Source: Escherichia coli (GTDB lineage Bacteria > Pseudomonadota > Gammaproteobacteria > Enterobacterales > Enterobacteriaceae). From it: DNA of 64,000 bases. The DNA lies in NCBI RefSeq assembly GCF_003790525.1, contig NZ_CP033635.1; one strand, written 5' to 3'. The translations under genes were made by a program, and so were the position numbers. Below, piece after piece: positions 44,615-54,781 of this stretch. Within the stretch, counting starts at the first letter, position 1. Every line of letters starts with the position of its first letter. The notes beneath the pieces are model-generated. The model saw only the letters and a program-made list of their open reading frames with translations, made no database searches and was not told the origin of the DNA.

Positions 44615-45414
44615 AAGATTTCATCACCGAAGCATGGCTAAGAGCGAACCATACGCTCAGCGAAGGCGCAGAGATCCATCTCCCTGCGGACAGTCGCCTG
44701 ACGCCCTCTGCCCGGGAGTTACTGGAAAGCCGCCATCTGCGCATCAAGTTTATTGACGAGCAGGGCCGCCTGTTTGTTGACGATGAACAGCAGCAGCCGC
44801 AGCCCGTTCATGGGCTGACCAGTAGCGATGAACATCCGCAGGCGTGCTGCGAACTGTGCCGCCAGCCGGTGGCAAAAAAGCCGGATACGCTGACTCACCT
44901 GTCGGCGGAAAAAATGGTTGCCAAAAGCGATCCGCGCCTGGCTTTTCGCGCTGTTCTCGACAGCACCATTGCGCTGGCAGTGTGGCTGCAAATTGAACTG
45001 GCGGAACCGTGGCAGCCGTGGCTGGCGGATATCCGTTCGCGTCTTGGCAACATTATGCGTGCCGATGCGCTGGGGGAACCGCTGGCCTGCCAGGCGATTG
45101 TCGGGCTTTCTGACGAAGATCTGCATCGGCTTTCTCACCAGCCGCTGCGTTATCTCGACCACGATCATCTGGTGCCGGAAGCCAGCCACGGGCGCGATGC
45201 GGCGTTGCTAAATCTGCTACGCACCAAAGTGCGGGAAACCGAAACCGTAGCGGCGCAGGTCTTTATCACCCGCAGCTTTGAAGTATTACGCCCGGACATC
45301 TTGCAGGCGCTGAACCGCCTTTCCAGCACGGTCTACGTGATGATGATCCTGAGCGTAACGAAGCAGCCGCTAACGGTGAAGCAGATCCAACAACGACTGG
45401 GGGAAACGCAATGA
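44611..45414 (+). CDS. eutT: Ethanolamine-utilisation cob(I)alamin adenosyltransferase
   Basis: 267-aa ORF; ATGA overlap with eutQ. Confidence 0.9.
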   Translation: MKDFITEAWLRANHTLSEGAEIHLPADSRLTPSARELLESRHLRIKFIDEQGRLFVDDEQQQPQPVHGLTSSDEHPQACCELCRQPVAKKPDTLTHLSAEKMVAKSDPRLAFRAVLDSTIALAVWLQIELAEPWQPWLADIRSRLGNIMRADALGEPLACQAIVGLSDEDLHRLSHQPLRYLDHDHLVPEASHGRDAALLNLLRTKVRETETVAAQVFITRSFEVLRPDILQALNRLSSTVYVMMILSVTKQPLTVKQIQQRLGETQ

Positions 45415-46427
45415 TTATTGAACGTTGTCGTGAACTGGCGTTGCGAGCGCCCGCCAGAGTGGTTTTTCCGGATGCGTTAGATCAGCGTGTGCTGAAAGCT
45501 GCGCAATATTTACATCAACAAGGTCTGGCAACGCCCATTCTGGTCGCTAATCCGTTTGAACTTCGTCAGTTTGCGCTCAGTCATGGCGTAGCGATGGACG
45601 GGCTACAGGTGATTGATCCGCATGGCAACCTCGCAATGCGGGAAGAATTTGCTCATCGCTGGCTGGCCCGCGCGGGCGAAAAAACGCCGCCGGATGCGCT
45701 GGAAAAACTCACCGAACCGCTGATGTTCGCCGCCGCAATGGTCAGCGCCGGTAAAGCGGATGTCTGTATCGCGGGCAATCTCTCTTCCACGGCGAATGTG
45801 CTGCGTGCCGGATTACGCATTATTGGCTTGCAGCCAGGCTGTAAAACGCTCTCATCCATTTTCCTGATGCTGCCACAGTACAGCGGTCCGGCGTTGGGTT
45901 TTGCCGATTGCAGCGTGGTGCCACAGCCGACGGCGGCGCAGTTGGCGGATATCGCGCTTGCCAGCGCCGAAACCTGGCGCGCCATCACCGGAGAAGAACC
46001 GCGCGTGGCGATGCTGTCGTTTTCCAGCAACGGTAGTGCCCGTCACCCCTGCGTTGCCAACGTGCAGCAGGCGACAGAAATCGTCCGTGAGCGCGCACCA
46101 AAGCTGGTTGTCGATGGCGAGTTGCAGTTTGACGCCGCCTTCGTGCCGGAAGTGGCGGCGCAAAAAGCGCCTGCCAGCCCGCTACAAGGCAAGGCCAATG
46201 TGATGGTTTTTCCGTCGCTGGAAGCCGGAAATATTGGCTACAAAATCGCACAACGACTTGGCGGATATCGTGCCGTCGGGCCATTGATACAAGGACTTGC
46301 CGCGCCGATGCACGATCTCTCTCGTGGTTGTAGCGTGCAGGAAATTATCGAACTGGCGCTGGTGGCAGCTGTGCCGCGTCAGACAGAAGTGAACCGCGAA
46401 AGCAGTTTACAAACACTGGTTGAATGA
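45411..46427 (+). CDS. eutD: Ethanolamine-utilisation phosphotransacetylase
   Basis: 338-aa ORF, PTA-like; ATGA overlap with eutT. Confidence 0.9.
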   Translation: MIIERCRELALRAPARVVFPDALDQRVLKAAQYLHQQGLATPILVANPFELRQFALSHGVAMDGLQVIDPHGNLAMREEFAHRWLARAGEKTPPDALEKLTEPLMFAAAMVSAGKADVCIAGNLSSTANVLRAGLRIIGLQPGCKTLSSIFLMLPQYSGPALGFADCSVVPQPTAAQLADIALASAETWRAITGEEPRVAMLSFSSNGSARHPCVANVQQATEIVRERAPKLVVDGELQFDAAFVPEVAAQKAPASPLQGKANVMVFPSLEAGNIGYKIAQRLGGYRAVGPLIQGLAAPMHDLSRGCSVQEIIELALVAAVPRQTEVNRESSLQTLVE

Positions 46428-46465
46428 ACGGTCCCGTTCTGGACCCTGATAAAGAGGAAAGCACA

Positions 46466-46759
46466 ATGGAAGCATTAGGAATGATCGAAACCCGGGGCCT
46501 GGTTGCACTGATTGAGGCTTCTGACGCGATGGTTAAAGCTGCGCGCGTCAAGCTGGTTGGTGTTAAGCAGATTGGCGGCGGCCTGTGTACTGCCATGGTT
46601 CGTGGTGATGTTGCAGCCTGTAAAGCCGCGACCGATGCAGGTGCCGCAGCGGCACAGCGTATCGGCGAGCTGGTATCTGTACACGTTATCCCGCGTCCGC
46701 ACGGCGACCTGGAAGAAGTGTTCCCGATCGGCCTGAAAGGCGATAGCAGCAACCTGTAA
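46466..46759 (+). CDS. eutM: Major BMC shell protein (hexamer)
   Basis: Track ORF 46424-46759; the ATG at 46466 ([28 protein letters not shown]) has an AAGAGGAAA RBS; 97 aa. Confidence 0.9.
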   Translation: MEALGMIETRGLVALIEASDAMVKAARVKLVGVKQIGGGLCTAMVRGDVAACKAATDAGAAAAQRIGELVSVHVIPRPHGDLEEVFPIGLKGDSSNL

Positions 46760-46865
46760 TCACCCTGTGTGACGTCGATTCGGGCGTCACGCTCTCTCCT
46801 TTTTCATTTTACCTTCTGCGGAGGGTAGGGGGAGCTTTTACCTGAAATACGCCACGGAGGCGGGT

Positions 46866-47153
46866 ATGAAACTGGCAGTCGTCACTGGACAAATTGTTTG
46901 TACCGTACGCCATCACGGACTGGCGCATGACAAATTGCTGATGGTGGAAATGATTGATCCACAAGGTAATCCTGACGGGCAATGCGCTGTCGCCATCGAC
47001 AATATTGGCGCGGGAACCGGGGAGTGGGTGTTGCTGGTGAGTGGCAGTTCCGCCCGCCAGGCGCATAAAAGCGAAACGTCACCGGTCGATCTGTGCGTGA
47101 TTGGCATCGTCGATGAGGTGGTGTCTGGCGGTCAGGTCATTTTCCACAAATAA
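46866..47153 (+). CDS. eutN: BMC vertex (pentamer) protein
   Basis: 95-aa ORF (MKLAVVTGQIVCTVRH). Confidence 0.9.
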   Translation: MKLAVVTGQIVCTVRHHGLAHDKLLMVEMIDPQGNPDGQCAVAIDNIGAGTGEWVLLVSGSSARQAHKSETSPVDLCVIGIVDEVVSGGQVIFHK

Positions 47154-47164
47154 GGCAGAACATC

Positions 47165-48568
47165 ATGAATCAACAGGATATTGAACAGGTGGTGAAAGCG
47201 GTACTGCTGAAAATGCAAAGCAGTGACACGCCGCCCGCCGCCGTTCATGAGATGGGCGTTTTCGCGTCCCTGGATGACGCCGTTGCGGCAGCCAAAGTCG
47301 CCCAGCAAGGGTTAAAAAGCGTGGCAATGCGCCAGTTAGCCATTGCTGCCATTCGTGAGGCAGGCGAAAAACACGCCAGAGATTTAGCGGAACTTGCCGT
47401 CAGTGAAACCGGCATGGGGCGCGTTGAAGATAAATTTGCCAAAAACGTCGCTCAGGCGCGCGGCACACCAGGCGTTGAGTGCCTCTCACCACAGGTGCTG
47501 ACCGGTGACAACGGCCTGACCCTGATTGAAAACGCGCCCTGGGGCGTGGTGGCTTCGGTGACGCCTTCCACTAACCCGGCGGCAACCGTAATTAACAACG
47601 CCATCAGCCTGATTGCCGCGGGCAACAGCGTCATTTTTGCCCCGCATCCGGCGGCGAAAAAAGTCTCCCAGCGGGCGATTACGCTGCTCAACCAGGCGAT
47701 TGTTGCCGCAGGCGGGCCGGAAAACTTACTGGTTACTGTGGCCAATCCGGATATCGAAACCGCGCAACGTTTGTTCAAGTTCCCGGGTATCGGCCTGCTG
47801 GTGGTGACCGGCGGCGAAGCGGTAGTGGAAGCGGCGCGTAAACACACCAATAAACGTCTGATTGCCGCAGGCGCTGGCAACCCGCCGGTAGTGGTGGATG
47901 AAACCGCCGACCTCGCCCGTGCTGCTCAGTCCATCGTCAAAGGCGCGTCTTTCGATAACAACATCATTTGTGCCGACGAAAAGGTACTGATTGTTGTTGA
48001 TAGCGTAGCCGATGAACTGATGCGTCTGATGGAAGGCCAGCATGCGGTGAAACTGACCGCAGAGCAGGCGCAGCAACTGCAATCGGTGTTGCTGAAAAAT
48101 ATCGACGAGTGCGGAAAAGGCACCGTCAGCCGTGACTGGGTTGGTCGCGATGCGGCGAAAATCGCGGCGGCAATCGGCCTTAAAGTTCCGGAACAAACGC
48201 GACTGCTGTTTGTAGAAACCACCGCAGAACATCCGTTTGCCGTGACCGAACTGATGATGCCGGTGCTGCCCGTCGTGCGCGTCGCCAACGTGGCGGATGC
48301 CATTGCGCTGGCGGTGAAACTGGAAGGCGGTTGCCACCACACGGCGGCAATGCACTCGCGCAATATCGAGAACATGAACCAGATGGCGAATGCCATTGAT
48401 ACCAGCATTTTCGTTAAGAACGGACCGTGCATTGCCGGGCTGGGGCTGGGCGGGGAAGGCTGGACCACCATGACCATCACCACGCCAACCGGTGAAGGGG
48501 TAACCAGCGCGCGGACGTTTGTCCGTCTGCGTCGCTGTGTATTAGTCGATGCGTTTCGCATTGTTTAA
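47165..48568 (+). CDS. eutE: CoA-acylating acetaldehyde dehydrogenase
   Basis: 467-aa aldehyde-dehydrogenase-family ORF with N-terminal BMC-targeting-like segment. Confidence 0.9.
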   Translation: MNQQDIEQVVKAVLLKMQSSDTPPAAVHEMGVFASLDDAVAAAKVAQQGLKSVAMRQLAIAAIREAGEKHARDLAELAVSETGMGRVEDKFAKNVAQARGTPGVECLSPQVLTGDNGLTLIENAPWGVVASVTPSTNPAATVINNAISLIAAGNSVIFAPHPAAKKVSQRAITLLNQAIVAAGGPENLLVTVANPDIETAQRLFKFPGIGLLVVTGGEAVVEAARKHTNKRLIAAGAGNPPVVVDETADLARAAQSIVKGASFDNNIICADEKVLIVVDSVADELMRLMEGQHAVKLTAEQAQQLQSVLLKNIDECGKGTVSRDWVGRDAAKIAAAIGLKVPEQTRLLFVETTAEHPFAVTELMMPVLPVVRVANVADAIALAVKLEGGCHHTAAMHSRNIENMNQMANAIDTSIFVKNGPCIAGLGLGGEGWTTMTITTPTGEGVTSARTFVRLRRCVLVDAFRIV

Positions 48569-48578
48569 GGAGTAACCG

Positions 48579-49415
48579 ATGGCGCACGATGAACAATGGC
48601 TCACCCCACGTCTGCAAACGGCGGCAACGCTGTGTAACCAGACGCCCGCCGCGACGGAATCTCCGCTGTGGCTGGGGGTGGATCTGGGCACCTGCGATGT
48701 GGTGTCGATGGTTGTCGACCGCGACGGTCTGCCGGTGGCGGTATGCCTCGACTGGGCCGATGTGGTCCGCGACGGCATCGTCTGGGATTTCTTCGGTGCG
48801 GTCACCATTGTTCGTCGCCATCTCGACACCCTCGAGCAGCAATTCGGTCGCCGTTTTAGCCATGCGGCGACCTCTTTTCCTCCAGGTACGGACCCGCGTA
48901 TTTCCATCAACGTGCTGGAGTCTGCCGGACTGGAAGTGAGCCATGTACTGGATGAGCCAACCGCAGTCGCGGATCTGCTGCAACTGGACAACGCCGGTGT
49001 AGTGGATATCGGCGGTGGCACTACTGGTATTGCCATCGTGAAAAAGGGCAAGGTGACGTACTCGGCGGATGAAGCGACCGGCGGACATCACATCTCTCTG
49101 ACTCTCGCCGGAAATCGTCGTATTTCGCTGGAAGAGGCAGAGCAGTACAAGCGCGGTCACGGTGAAGAGATTTGGCCCGCGGTGAAACCGGTGTACGAAA
49201 AAATGGCGGACATTGTCGCCCGGCATATTGAAGGGCAGGGCATTACGGATTTATGGCTGGCGGGCGGCTCTTGTATGCAACCGGGCGTGGCGGAACTGTT
49301 TCGCAAACAATTTCCGGCGTTACAGGTGCATTTACCGCAGCACAGTTTGTTTATGACCCCGCTGGCGATCGCCAGTAGCGGGCGAGAGAAAGCGGAGGGG
49401 CTATATGCAAAATGA
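48579..49415 (+). CDS. eutJ: Ethanolamine-utilisation chaperonin-like protein (actin/Hsp70 fold)
   Basis: 278-aa ORF. Confidence 0.9.
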   Translation: MAHDEQWLTPRLQTAATLCNQTPAATESPLWLGVDLGTCDVVSMVVDRDGLPVAVCLDWADVVRDGIVWDFFGAVTIVRRHLDTLEQQFGRRFSHAATSFPPGTDPRISINVLESAGLEVSHVLDEPTAVADLLQLDNAGVVDIGGGTTGIAIVKKGKVTYSADEATGGHHISLTLAGNRRISLEEAEQYKRGHGEEIWPAVKPVYEKMADIVARHIEGQGITDLWLAGGSCMQPGVAELFRKQFPALQVHLPQHSLFMTPLAIASSGREKAEGLYAK

Positions 49416-50592
49416 ATTGCAGACCGCGCTCTTTCAGGCGTTCGATACCCTGAATCTGCAACGGGTAAAAACATTTAGCGTTCCACCGGTGACGCTTTGC
49501 GGTCCGGGCGCGGTGAGCAGTTGTGGGCAGCAAGCGCAAACGCGTGGGCTGAAACATCTGTTCGTGATGGCAGACAGCTTTTTGCATCAGGCAGGGATGA
49601 CCGCCGGGCTGACACGTAGCCTGGCCGTTAAAGGTATCGCCATGACGCTCTGGCCATGTCCGGTGGGCGAACCATGCATCACCGACGTGTGTGCAGCCGT
49701 GGCGCAGTTGCGTGAATCAGGCTGTGACGGGGTGATTGCGTTTGGCGGCGGCTCGGTGCTGGATGCAGCAAAAGCCGTGGCGTTGCTGGTGACGAACCCG
49801 GATAGCACGCTGGCAGAGATGTCAGAAACCAGCGTTCTGCAACCGCGCCTGCCGTTGATTGCCATTCCGACTACCGCCGGAACCGGCTCTGAAACCACCA
49901 ACGTAACGGTGATTATCGATGCGGTGAGCGGGCGTAAGCAGGTGTTAGCCCATGCCTCGCTGATGCCGGATGTGGCGATTCTCGACGCCGCATTGACCGA
50001 AGGTGTGCCGTCGCATGTCACGGCGATGACTGGCATTGATGCGTTAACCCATGCCATTGAAGCGTACAGCGCGCTGAACGCCACACCATTTACCGACAGC
50101 CTGGCGATTGGCGCCATTGCGATGATTGGTCAATCGCTGCCGAAAGCGGTGGGCTACGGTCACGACCTTGCCGCGCGCGAGAGCATGTTGCTGGCTTCAT
50201 GTATGGCGGGAATGGCGTTTTCCAGTGCGGGGCTTGGGTTGTGCCACGCGATGGCGCATCAGCCAGGGGCGGCGCTGCATATTCCGCACGGTCTGGCGAA
50301 CGCTATGTTGCTGCCAACGGTAATGGAATTTAACCGGATGGTTTGTCGTGATCGGTTTAGTCAGATTGGCCGGGCGCTGAGAACTAAAAAATCCGACGAT
50401 CGTGACGCTATTAACGCGGTAAGTGAGCTGATTGCGGAAGTCGGGATTGGTAAACGACTGGGCGATATTGGTGCGACATCTGCGCATTACGGCGCATGGG
50501 CGCAGGCCGCGCTGGAAGATATTTGTCTGCGCAGCAACCCGCGTACCGCCAGCCTGGAGCAGATTATTGGTCTGTATGCTGCGGCGCAATAA
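49405..50592 (+). CDS. eutG: Iron-containing alcohol dehydrogenase
   Basis: 395-aa Fe-ADH-family ORF; 11-nt overlap with eutJ. Confidence 0.9.
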   Translation: MQNELQTALFQAFDTLNLQRVKTFSVPPVTLCGPGAVSSCGQQAQTRGLKHLFVMADSFLHQAGMTAGLTRSLAVKGIAMTLWPCPVGEPCITDVCAAVAQLRESGCDGVIAFGGGSVLDAAKAVALLVTNPDSTLAEMSETSVLQPRLPLIAIPTTAGTGSETTNVTVIIDAVSGRKQVLAHASLMPDVAILDAALTEGVPSHVTAMTGIDALTHAIEAYSALNATPFTDSLAIGAIAMIGQSLPKAVGYGHDLAARESMLLASCMAGMAFSSAGLGLCHAMAHQPGAALHIPHGLANAMLLPTVMEFNRMVCRDRFSQIGRALRTKKSDDRDAINAVSELIAEVGIGKRLGDIGATSAHYGAWAQAALEDICLRSNPRTASLEQIIGLYAAAQ

Positions 50593-50610
50593 AAGTGTAC
50601 GGACAGTCCC

Positions 50611-50648
50611 CTCGCCCCTTTGGGGAGAGGGTTAGGGTGAGGGGAACA
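50611..50648. repeat. G-rich 38-bp intergenic repeat, copy 2 (CTCGCCCCTTTGGGGAGAGGGTTAGGGTGAGGGGAACA)
   Basis: 36/38 identical to 37218-37255; followed by partial inverted copies (ccctcacccc at 50674-50683, gtgaggg at 50701-50707) in the 169-bp eutG-eutH spacer. Confidence 0.6.
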
Positions 50649-50761
50649 GAGTCGCTCCGGTGCAAACAATTACCCTCACCCCGGTCCCTCGGCTTCCAGA
50701 GTGAGGGAAAAACCCACTTTCAGCATTGGCAATAAATAACAACTAACAGGGAGTAAAGGCG

Positions 50762-51988
50762 ATGGGAATTAACGAAATCATCATGTACATCATGATGTTC
50801 TTTATGCTGATAGCTGCCGTAGACAGGATCCTGTCGCAGTTCGGCGGTTCTGCTCGTTTCCTCGGTAAGTTCGGTAAAAGTATCGAAGGATCCGGCAGTC
50901 AGTTCGAAGAAGGCTTTATGGCAATGGGCGCTTTGGGCCTGGCGATGGTTGGTATGACCGCGCTGGCACCTGTTCTGGCCCACGTACTCGGACCGGTGAT
51001 TATCCCGGTTTACGAAATGCTCGGCGCAAACCCGTCAATGTTCGCCGGAACACTGCTGGCGTGCGATATGGGCGGCTTCTTCCTCGCCAAAGAGTTGGCG
51101 GGCGGCGACGTAGCAGCGTGGCTATACTCTGGATTAATTCTCGGGTCGATGATGGGGCCAACGATTGTGTTTTCCATTCCGGTGGCGCTCGGCATTATCG
51201 AACCTTCTGACCGTCGTTATCTGGCGCTCGGCGTGCTGGCGGGCATTGTGACCATTCCGATTGGCTGTATTGCCGGTGGTCTGGTGGCTATGTACTCCGG
51301 TGTGCAGATCAACGGTCAGCCAGTGGAATTCACCTTTGCGCTGATCCTGATGAACATGATCCCGGTACTTATCGTTGCGGTGCTGGTGGCGCTGGGGCTG
51401 AAATTCATCCCGGAAAAAATGATCAACGGCTTCCAGATCTTCGCCAAATTCCTCGTTGCATTGATCACCCTCGGTCTTGCCGCTGCGGTAGTGAAATTCC
51501 TCCTTGGCTGGGAACTGATCCCGGGCCTTGATCCTATCTTTATGGCCCCTGGCGATAAACCCGGTGAAGTGATGCGCGCCATTGAAGTTATCGGCTCGAT
51601 CTCCTGCGTTCTGTTAGGGGCGTATCCGATGGTGCTGCTGCTGACTCGCTGGTTTGAAAAACCGCTGATGAGTGTCGGTAAGGTGCTGAATATGAACAAT
51701 ATAGCGGCAGCCGGCATGGTGGCAACGCTTGCCAACAACATCCCGATGTTTGGCATGATGAAGCAGATGGATACCCGCGGCAAAGTCATCAACTGTGCCT
51801 TCGCCGTTTCCGCTGCTTTCGCCCTGGGCGACCATTTAGGCTTCGCGGCTGCCAACATGAACGCCATGATCTTCCCGATGATTGTCGGCAAGCTGATCGG
51901 CGGCGTCACGGCGATTGGCGTGGCGATGATGCTGGTACCTAAAGAAGACGCGAGCGCGGCTAAAACCGAAGCGGAGGCGCAATCGTGA
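50762..51988 (+). CDS. eutH: Ethanolamine permease/facilitator
   Basis: 408-aa polytopic membrane ORF. Confidence 0.9.
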   Translation: MGINEIIMYIMMFFMLIAAVDRILSQFGGSARFLGKFGKSIEGSGSQFEEGFMAMGALGLAMVGMTALAPVLAHVLGPVIIPVYEMLGANPSMFAGTLLACDMGGFFLAKELAGGDVAAWLYSGLILGSMMGPTIVFSIPVALGIIEPSDRRYLALGVLAGIVTIPIGCIAGGLVAMYSGVQINGQPVEFTFALILMNMIPVLIVAVLVALGLKFIPEKMINGFQIFAKFLVALITLGLAAAVVKFLLGWELIPGLDPIFMAPGDKPGEVMRAIEVIGSISCVLLGAYPMVLLLTRWFEKPLMSVGKVLNMNNIAAAGMVATLANNIPMFGMMKQMDTRGKVINCAFAVSAAFALGDHLGFAAANMNAMIFPMIVGKLIGGVTAIGVAMMLVPKEDASAAKTEAEAQS

Positions 51989-53388
51989 ACACTCGCCAGC
52001 TACTGAGCGTCGGTATCGATATCGGCACCACCACCACCCAGGTGATTTTCTCCCACCTGGAGCTGGTTAACCGTGCGGCGGTGTCGCAGGTGCCGCGCTA
52101 CGAATTCATCAAACGCGAAATTAGCTGGCAAAGCCCGGTGTTCTTTACCCCTGTCGATAAACAGGGTGGTTTAAAAGAAGCGGAACTGAAAACCTTAATC
52201 CTGGATCAATATCAGGCTGCGGGCATTGCGCCGGAAAGTGTTGATTCTGGTGCCATCATCATCACCGGTGAAAGCGCGAAAACCCGCAACGCTCGCCCGG
52301 CGGTGATGACGCTCTCCCAGTCGCTGGGCGATTTTGTCGTCGCCAGCGCCGGGCCGCATCTCGAATCCGTGATCGCCGGTCACGGTGCCGGGGCGCAAAC
52401 TCTTTCTGAACAACGGCTGTGTCGGGTACTGAATATCGATATCGGCGGTGGCACTGCGAACTACGCCCTGTTCGATGCCGGAAAAATCAGCGGCACCGCC
52501 TGCCTCAACGTCGGCGGTCGCCTGCTGGAAACCGACAGCCAGGGGCGCGTGGTTTACGCTCATAAACCGGGGCAGATGATTGTGGATGAGTGCTTCGGCG
52601 CAGGCACTGACGCCCGTTCGCTGACCGGCGCGCAGCTGGTGCAGGTTACCCGCCGGATGGCAGAGCTGATTGTCGAAGTGATTGACGGAACGCTTTCGCC
52701 GCTCGCGCAGGCATTGATGCAAACCGGTTTGCTGCCCGTAGGTGTTACGCCCGAAATCATTACGCTTTCTGGCGGCGTTGGCGAATGTTATCGCCACCAG
52801 CCCGCCGACCCGTTCTGTTTTGCCGATATTGGCCCGCTTCTGGCAACGGCGCTGCATGACCATCCGCGCCTGCGTGAGATGAACGTGCAGTTTCCGGCGC
52901 AAACCGTGCGCGCCACGGTGATTGGCGCGGGTGCACATACCCTTTCGCTCTCTGGCAGCACAATCTGGCTGGAGGGCGTACAACTGCCGCTGCGCAACTT
53001 GCCGGTGGCGATCCCAATTGATGAAAAGGATCTGGTGAGTGCCTGGCAACAGGCGCTGATTCAGCTGGATCTTGATCCTAAAACTGACGCGTACGTGCTG
53101 GCGCTTCCCGCCTCGCTGCCTGTGCGTTACGCCGCGGTACTGACGGTCATCAACGCGTTGGTCGATTTCGTCGCGCGTTTTCCGAATCCGCATCCCCTGC
53201 TGGTGGTGGCCGGGCAGGACTTTGGTAAAGCTCTGGGCATGTTGTTGCGCCCACAGCTACAACAACTCCCGTTGGCAGTCATTGACGAAGTGATTGTCCG
53301 CGCGGGGGACTATATCGACATTGGTACGCCTCTTTTTGGCGGATCGGTTGTGCCGGTGACGGTGAAATCACTCGCATTTCCTTCCTGA
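51985..53388 (+). CDS. eutA: Ethanolamine ammonia-lyase reactivating factor
   Basis: 467-aa ORF; ATGA overlap with eutH. Confidence 0.9.
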   Translation: MNTRQLLSVGIDIGTTTTQVIFSHLELVNRAAVSQVPRYEFIKREISWQSPVFFTPVDKQGGLKEAELKTLILDQYQAAGIAPESVDSGAIIITGESAKTRNARPAVMTLSQSLGDFVVASAGPHLESVIAGHGAGAQTLSEQRLCRVLNIDIGGGTANYALFDAGKISGTACLNVGGRLLETDSQGRVVYAHKPGQMIVDECFGAGTDARSLTGAQLVQVTRRMAELIVEVIDGTLSPLAQALMQTGLLPVGVTPEIITLSGGVGECYRHQPADPFCFADIGPLLATALHDHPRLREMNVQFPAQTVRATVIGAGAHTLSLSGSTIWLEGVQLPLRNLPVAIPIDEKDLVSAWQQALIQLDLDPKTDAYVLALPASLPVRYAAVLTVINALVDFVARFPNPHPLLVVAGQDFGKALGMLLRPQLQQLPLAVIDEVIVRAGDYIDIGTPLFGGSVVPVTVKSLAFPS

Positions 53389-53399
53389 GGGAACGACTT

Positions 53400-54761
53400 A
53401 TGAAACTAAAGACCACATTGTTCGGCAATGTATATCAGTTTAAGGATGTAAAAGAGGTGCTGGCTAAAGCCAACGAACTGCGTTCGGGGGATGTGCTGGC
53501 GGGCGTTGCTGCGGCAAGCTCACAGGAGCGCGTGGCGGCAAAGCAGGTGTTGTCGGAAATGACCGTAGCGGACATCCGCAATAATCCGGTGATTGCCTAT
53601 GAAGATGACTGCGTGACGCGGCTGATTCAGGACGATGTTAACGAAACGGCCTACAACCAGATTAAAAACTGGAGCATCAGCGAACTGCGTGAGTATGTGC
53701 TGAGCGATGAAACCAGCGTGGACGACATTGCCTTTACCCGCAAAGGGCTGACCTCGGAAGTGGTAGCGGCGGTAGCGAAGATTTGCTCCAACGCGGACCT
53801 GATCTACGGCGCGAAGAAAATGCCGGTGATCAAAAAGGCCAATACCACCATCGGTATTCCGGGCACCTTTAGCGCCCGCTTGCAGCCAAACGATACCCGT
53901 GACGATGTGCAAAGTATCGCCGCGCAAATCTACGAAGGGCTTTCCTTCGGGGTGGGCGATGCGGTGATCGGCGTTAACCCGGTGACTGACGACGTGGAAA
54001 ACTTAAGCCGCGTGTTGGATACCATCTATGGCGTGATCGACAAATTCAACATCCCAACTCAGGGCTGCGTACTGGCGCACGTCACCACCCAGATCGAAGC
54101 GATTCGTCGCGGCGCACCGGGCGGGCTGATTTTCCAGAGTATTTGCGGCAGCGAAAAAGGGCTGAAAGAGTTTGGCGTGGAGCTGGCGATGCTCGACGAA
54201 GCGCGCGCAGTGGGTGCAGAGTTTAACCGTATCGCCGGGGAAAACTGCCTCTACTTCGAAACCGGACAAGGTTCGGCGCTGTCCGCTGGCGCTAACTTCG
54301 GCGCTGACCAGGTGACGATGGAAGCGCGTAACTATGGGCTGGCGCGTCATTACGATCCGTTTATCGTCAACACCGTGGTCGGTTTTATTGGGCCGGAGTA
54401 TCTCTACAACGACCGCCAGATTATCCGCGCGGGCTTAGAAGATCACTTTATGGGCAAGCTGAGCGGCATCTCTATGGGCTGTGACTGCTGCTACACCAAC
54501 CACGCTGACGCTGACCAGAACCTCAACGAAAACCTGATGATCCTGCTCGCCACCGCAGGCTGTAACTACATCATGGGGATGCCGCTGGGTGATGACATCA
54601 TGCTCAACTACCAGACTACGGCCTTCCACGACACCGCCACTGTGCGTCAGTTACTCAACCTGCGCCCGTCACCGGAGTTTGAACGCTGGCTGGAAAGCAT
54701 GGGCATTATGGCAAACGGTCGCCTGACCAAACGGGCGGGCGATCCGTCACTGTTCTTCTGA
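53400..54761 (+). CDS. eutB: Ethanolamine ammonia-lyase large subunit
   Basis: 453-aa ORF starting 11 bp after the eutA stop. Confidence 0.95.
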   Translation: MKLKTTLFGNVYQFKDVKEVLAKANELRSGDVLAGVAAASSQERVAAKQVLSEMTVADIRNNPVIAYEDDCVTRLIQDDVNETAYNQIKNWSISELREYVLSDETSVDDIAFTRKGLTSEVVAAVAKICSNADLIYGAKKMPVIKKANTTIGIPGTFSARLQPNDTRDDVQSIAAQIYEGLSFGVGDAVIGVNPVTDDVENLSRVLDTIYGVIDKFNIPTQGCVLAHVTTQIEAIRRGAPGGLIFQSICGSEKGLKEFGVELAMLDEARAVGAEFNRIAGENCLYFETGQGSALSAGANFGADQVTMEARNYGLARHYDPFIVNTVVGFIGPEYLYNDRQIIRAGLEDHFMGKLSGISMGCDCCYTNHADADQNLNENLMILLATAGCNYIMGMPLGDDIMLNYQTTAFHDTATVRQLLNLRPSPEFERWLESMGIMANGRLTKRAGDPSLFF

Positions 54762-54781
54762 TGACGCGGAGATAACACATC

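Noticed and set aside
47726-49226. Cluster of 169-249-aa minus-strand ORFs antisense to eutE and eutJ
   Set aside because: Overlapping antisense frames within a GC-rich stretch of the eut operon. The sense genes are clearly recognisable (aldehyde dehydrogenase, Hsp70-fold protein).
52195-53193. 332-aa minus-strand ORF inside eutA
   Set aside because: Fully embedded antisense to eutA; Arg-rich, no motifs, no RBS context.
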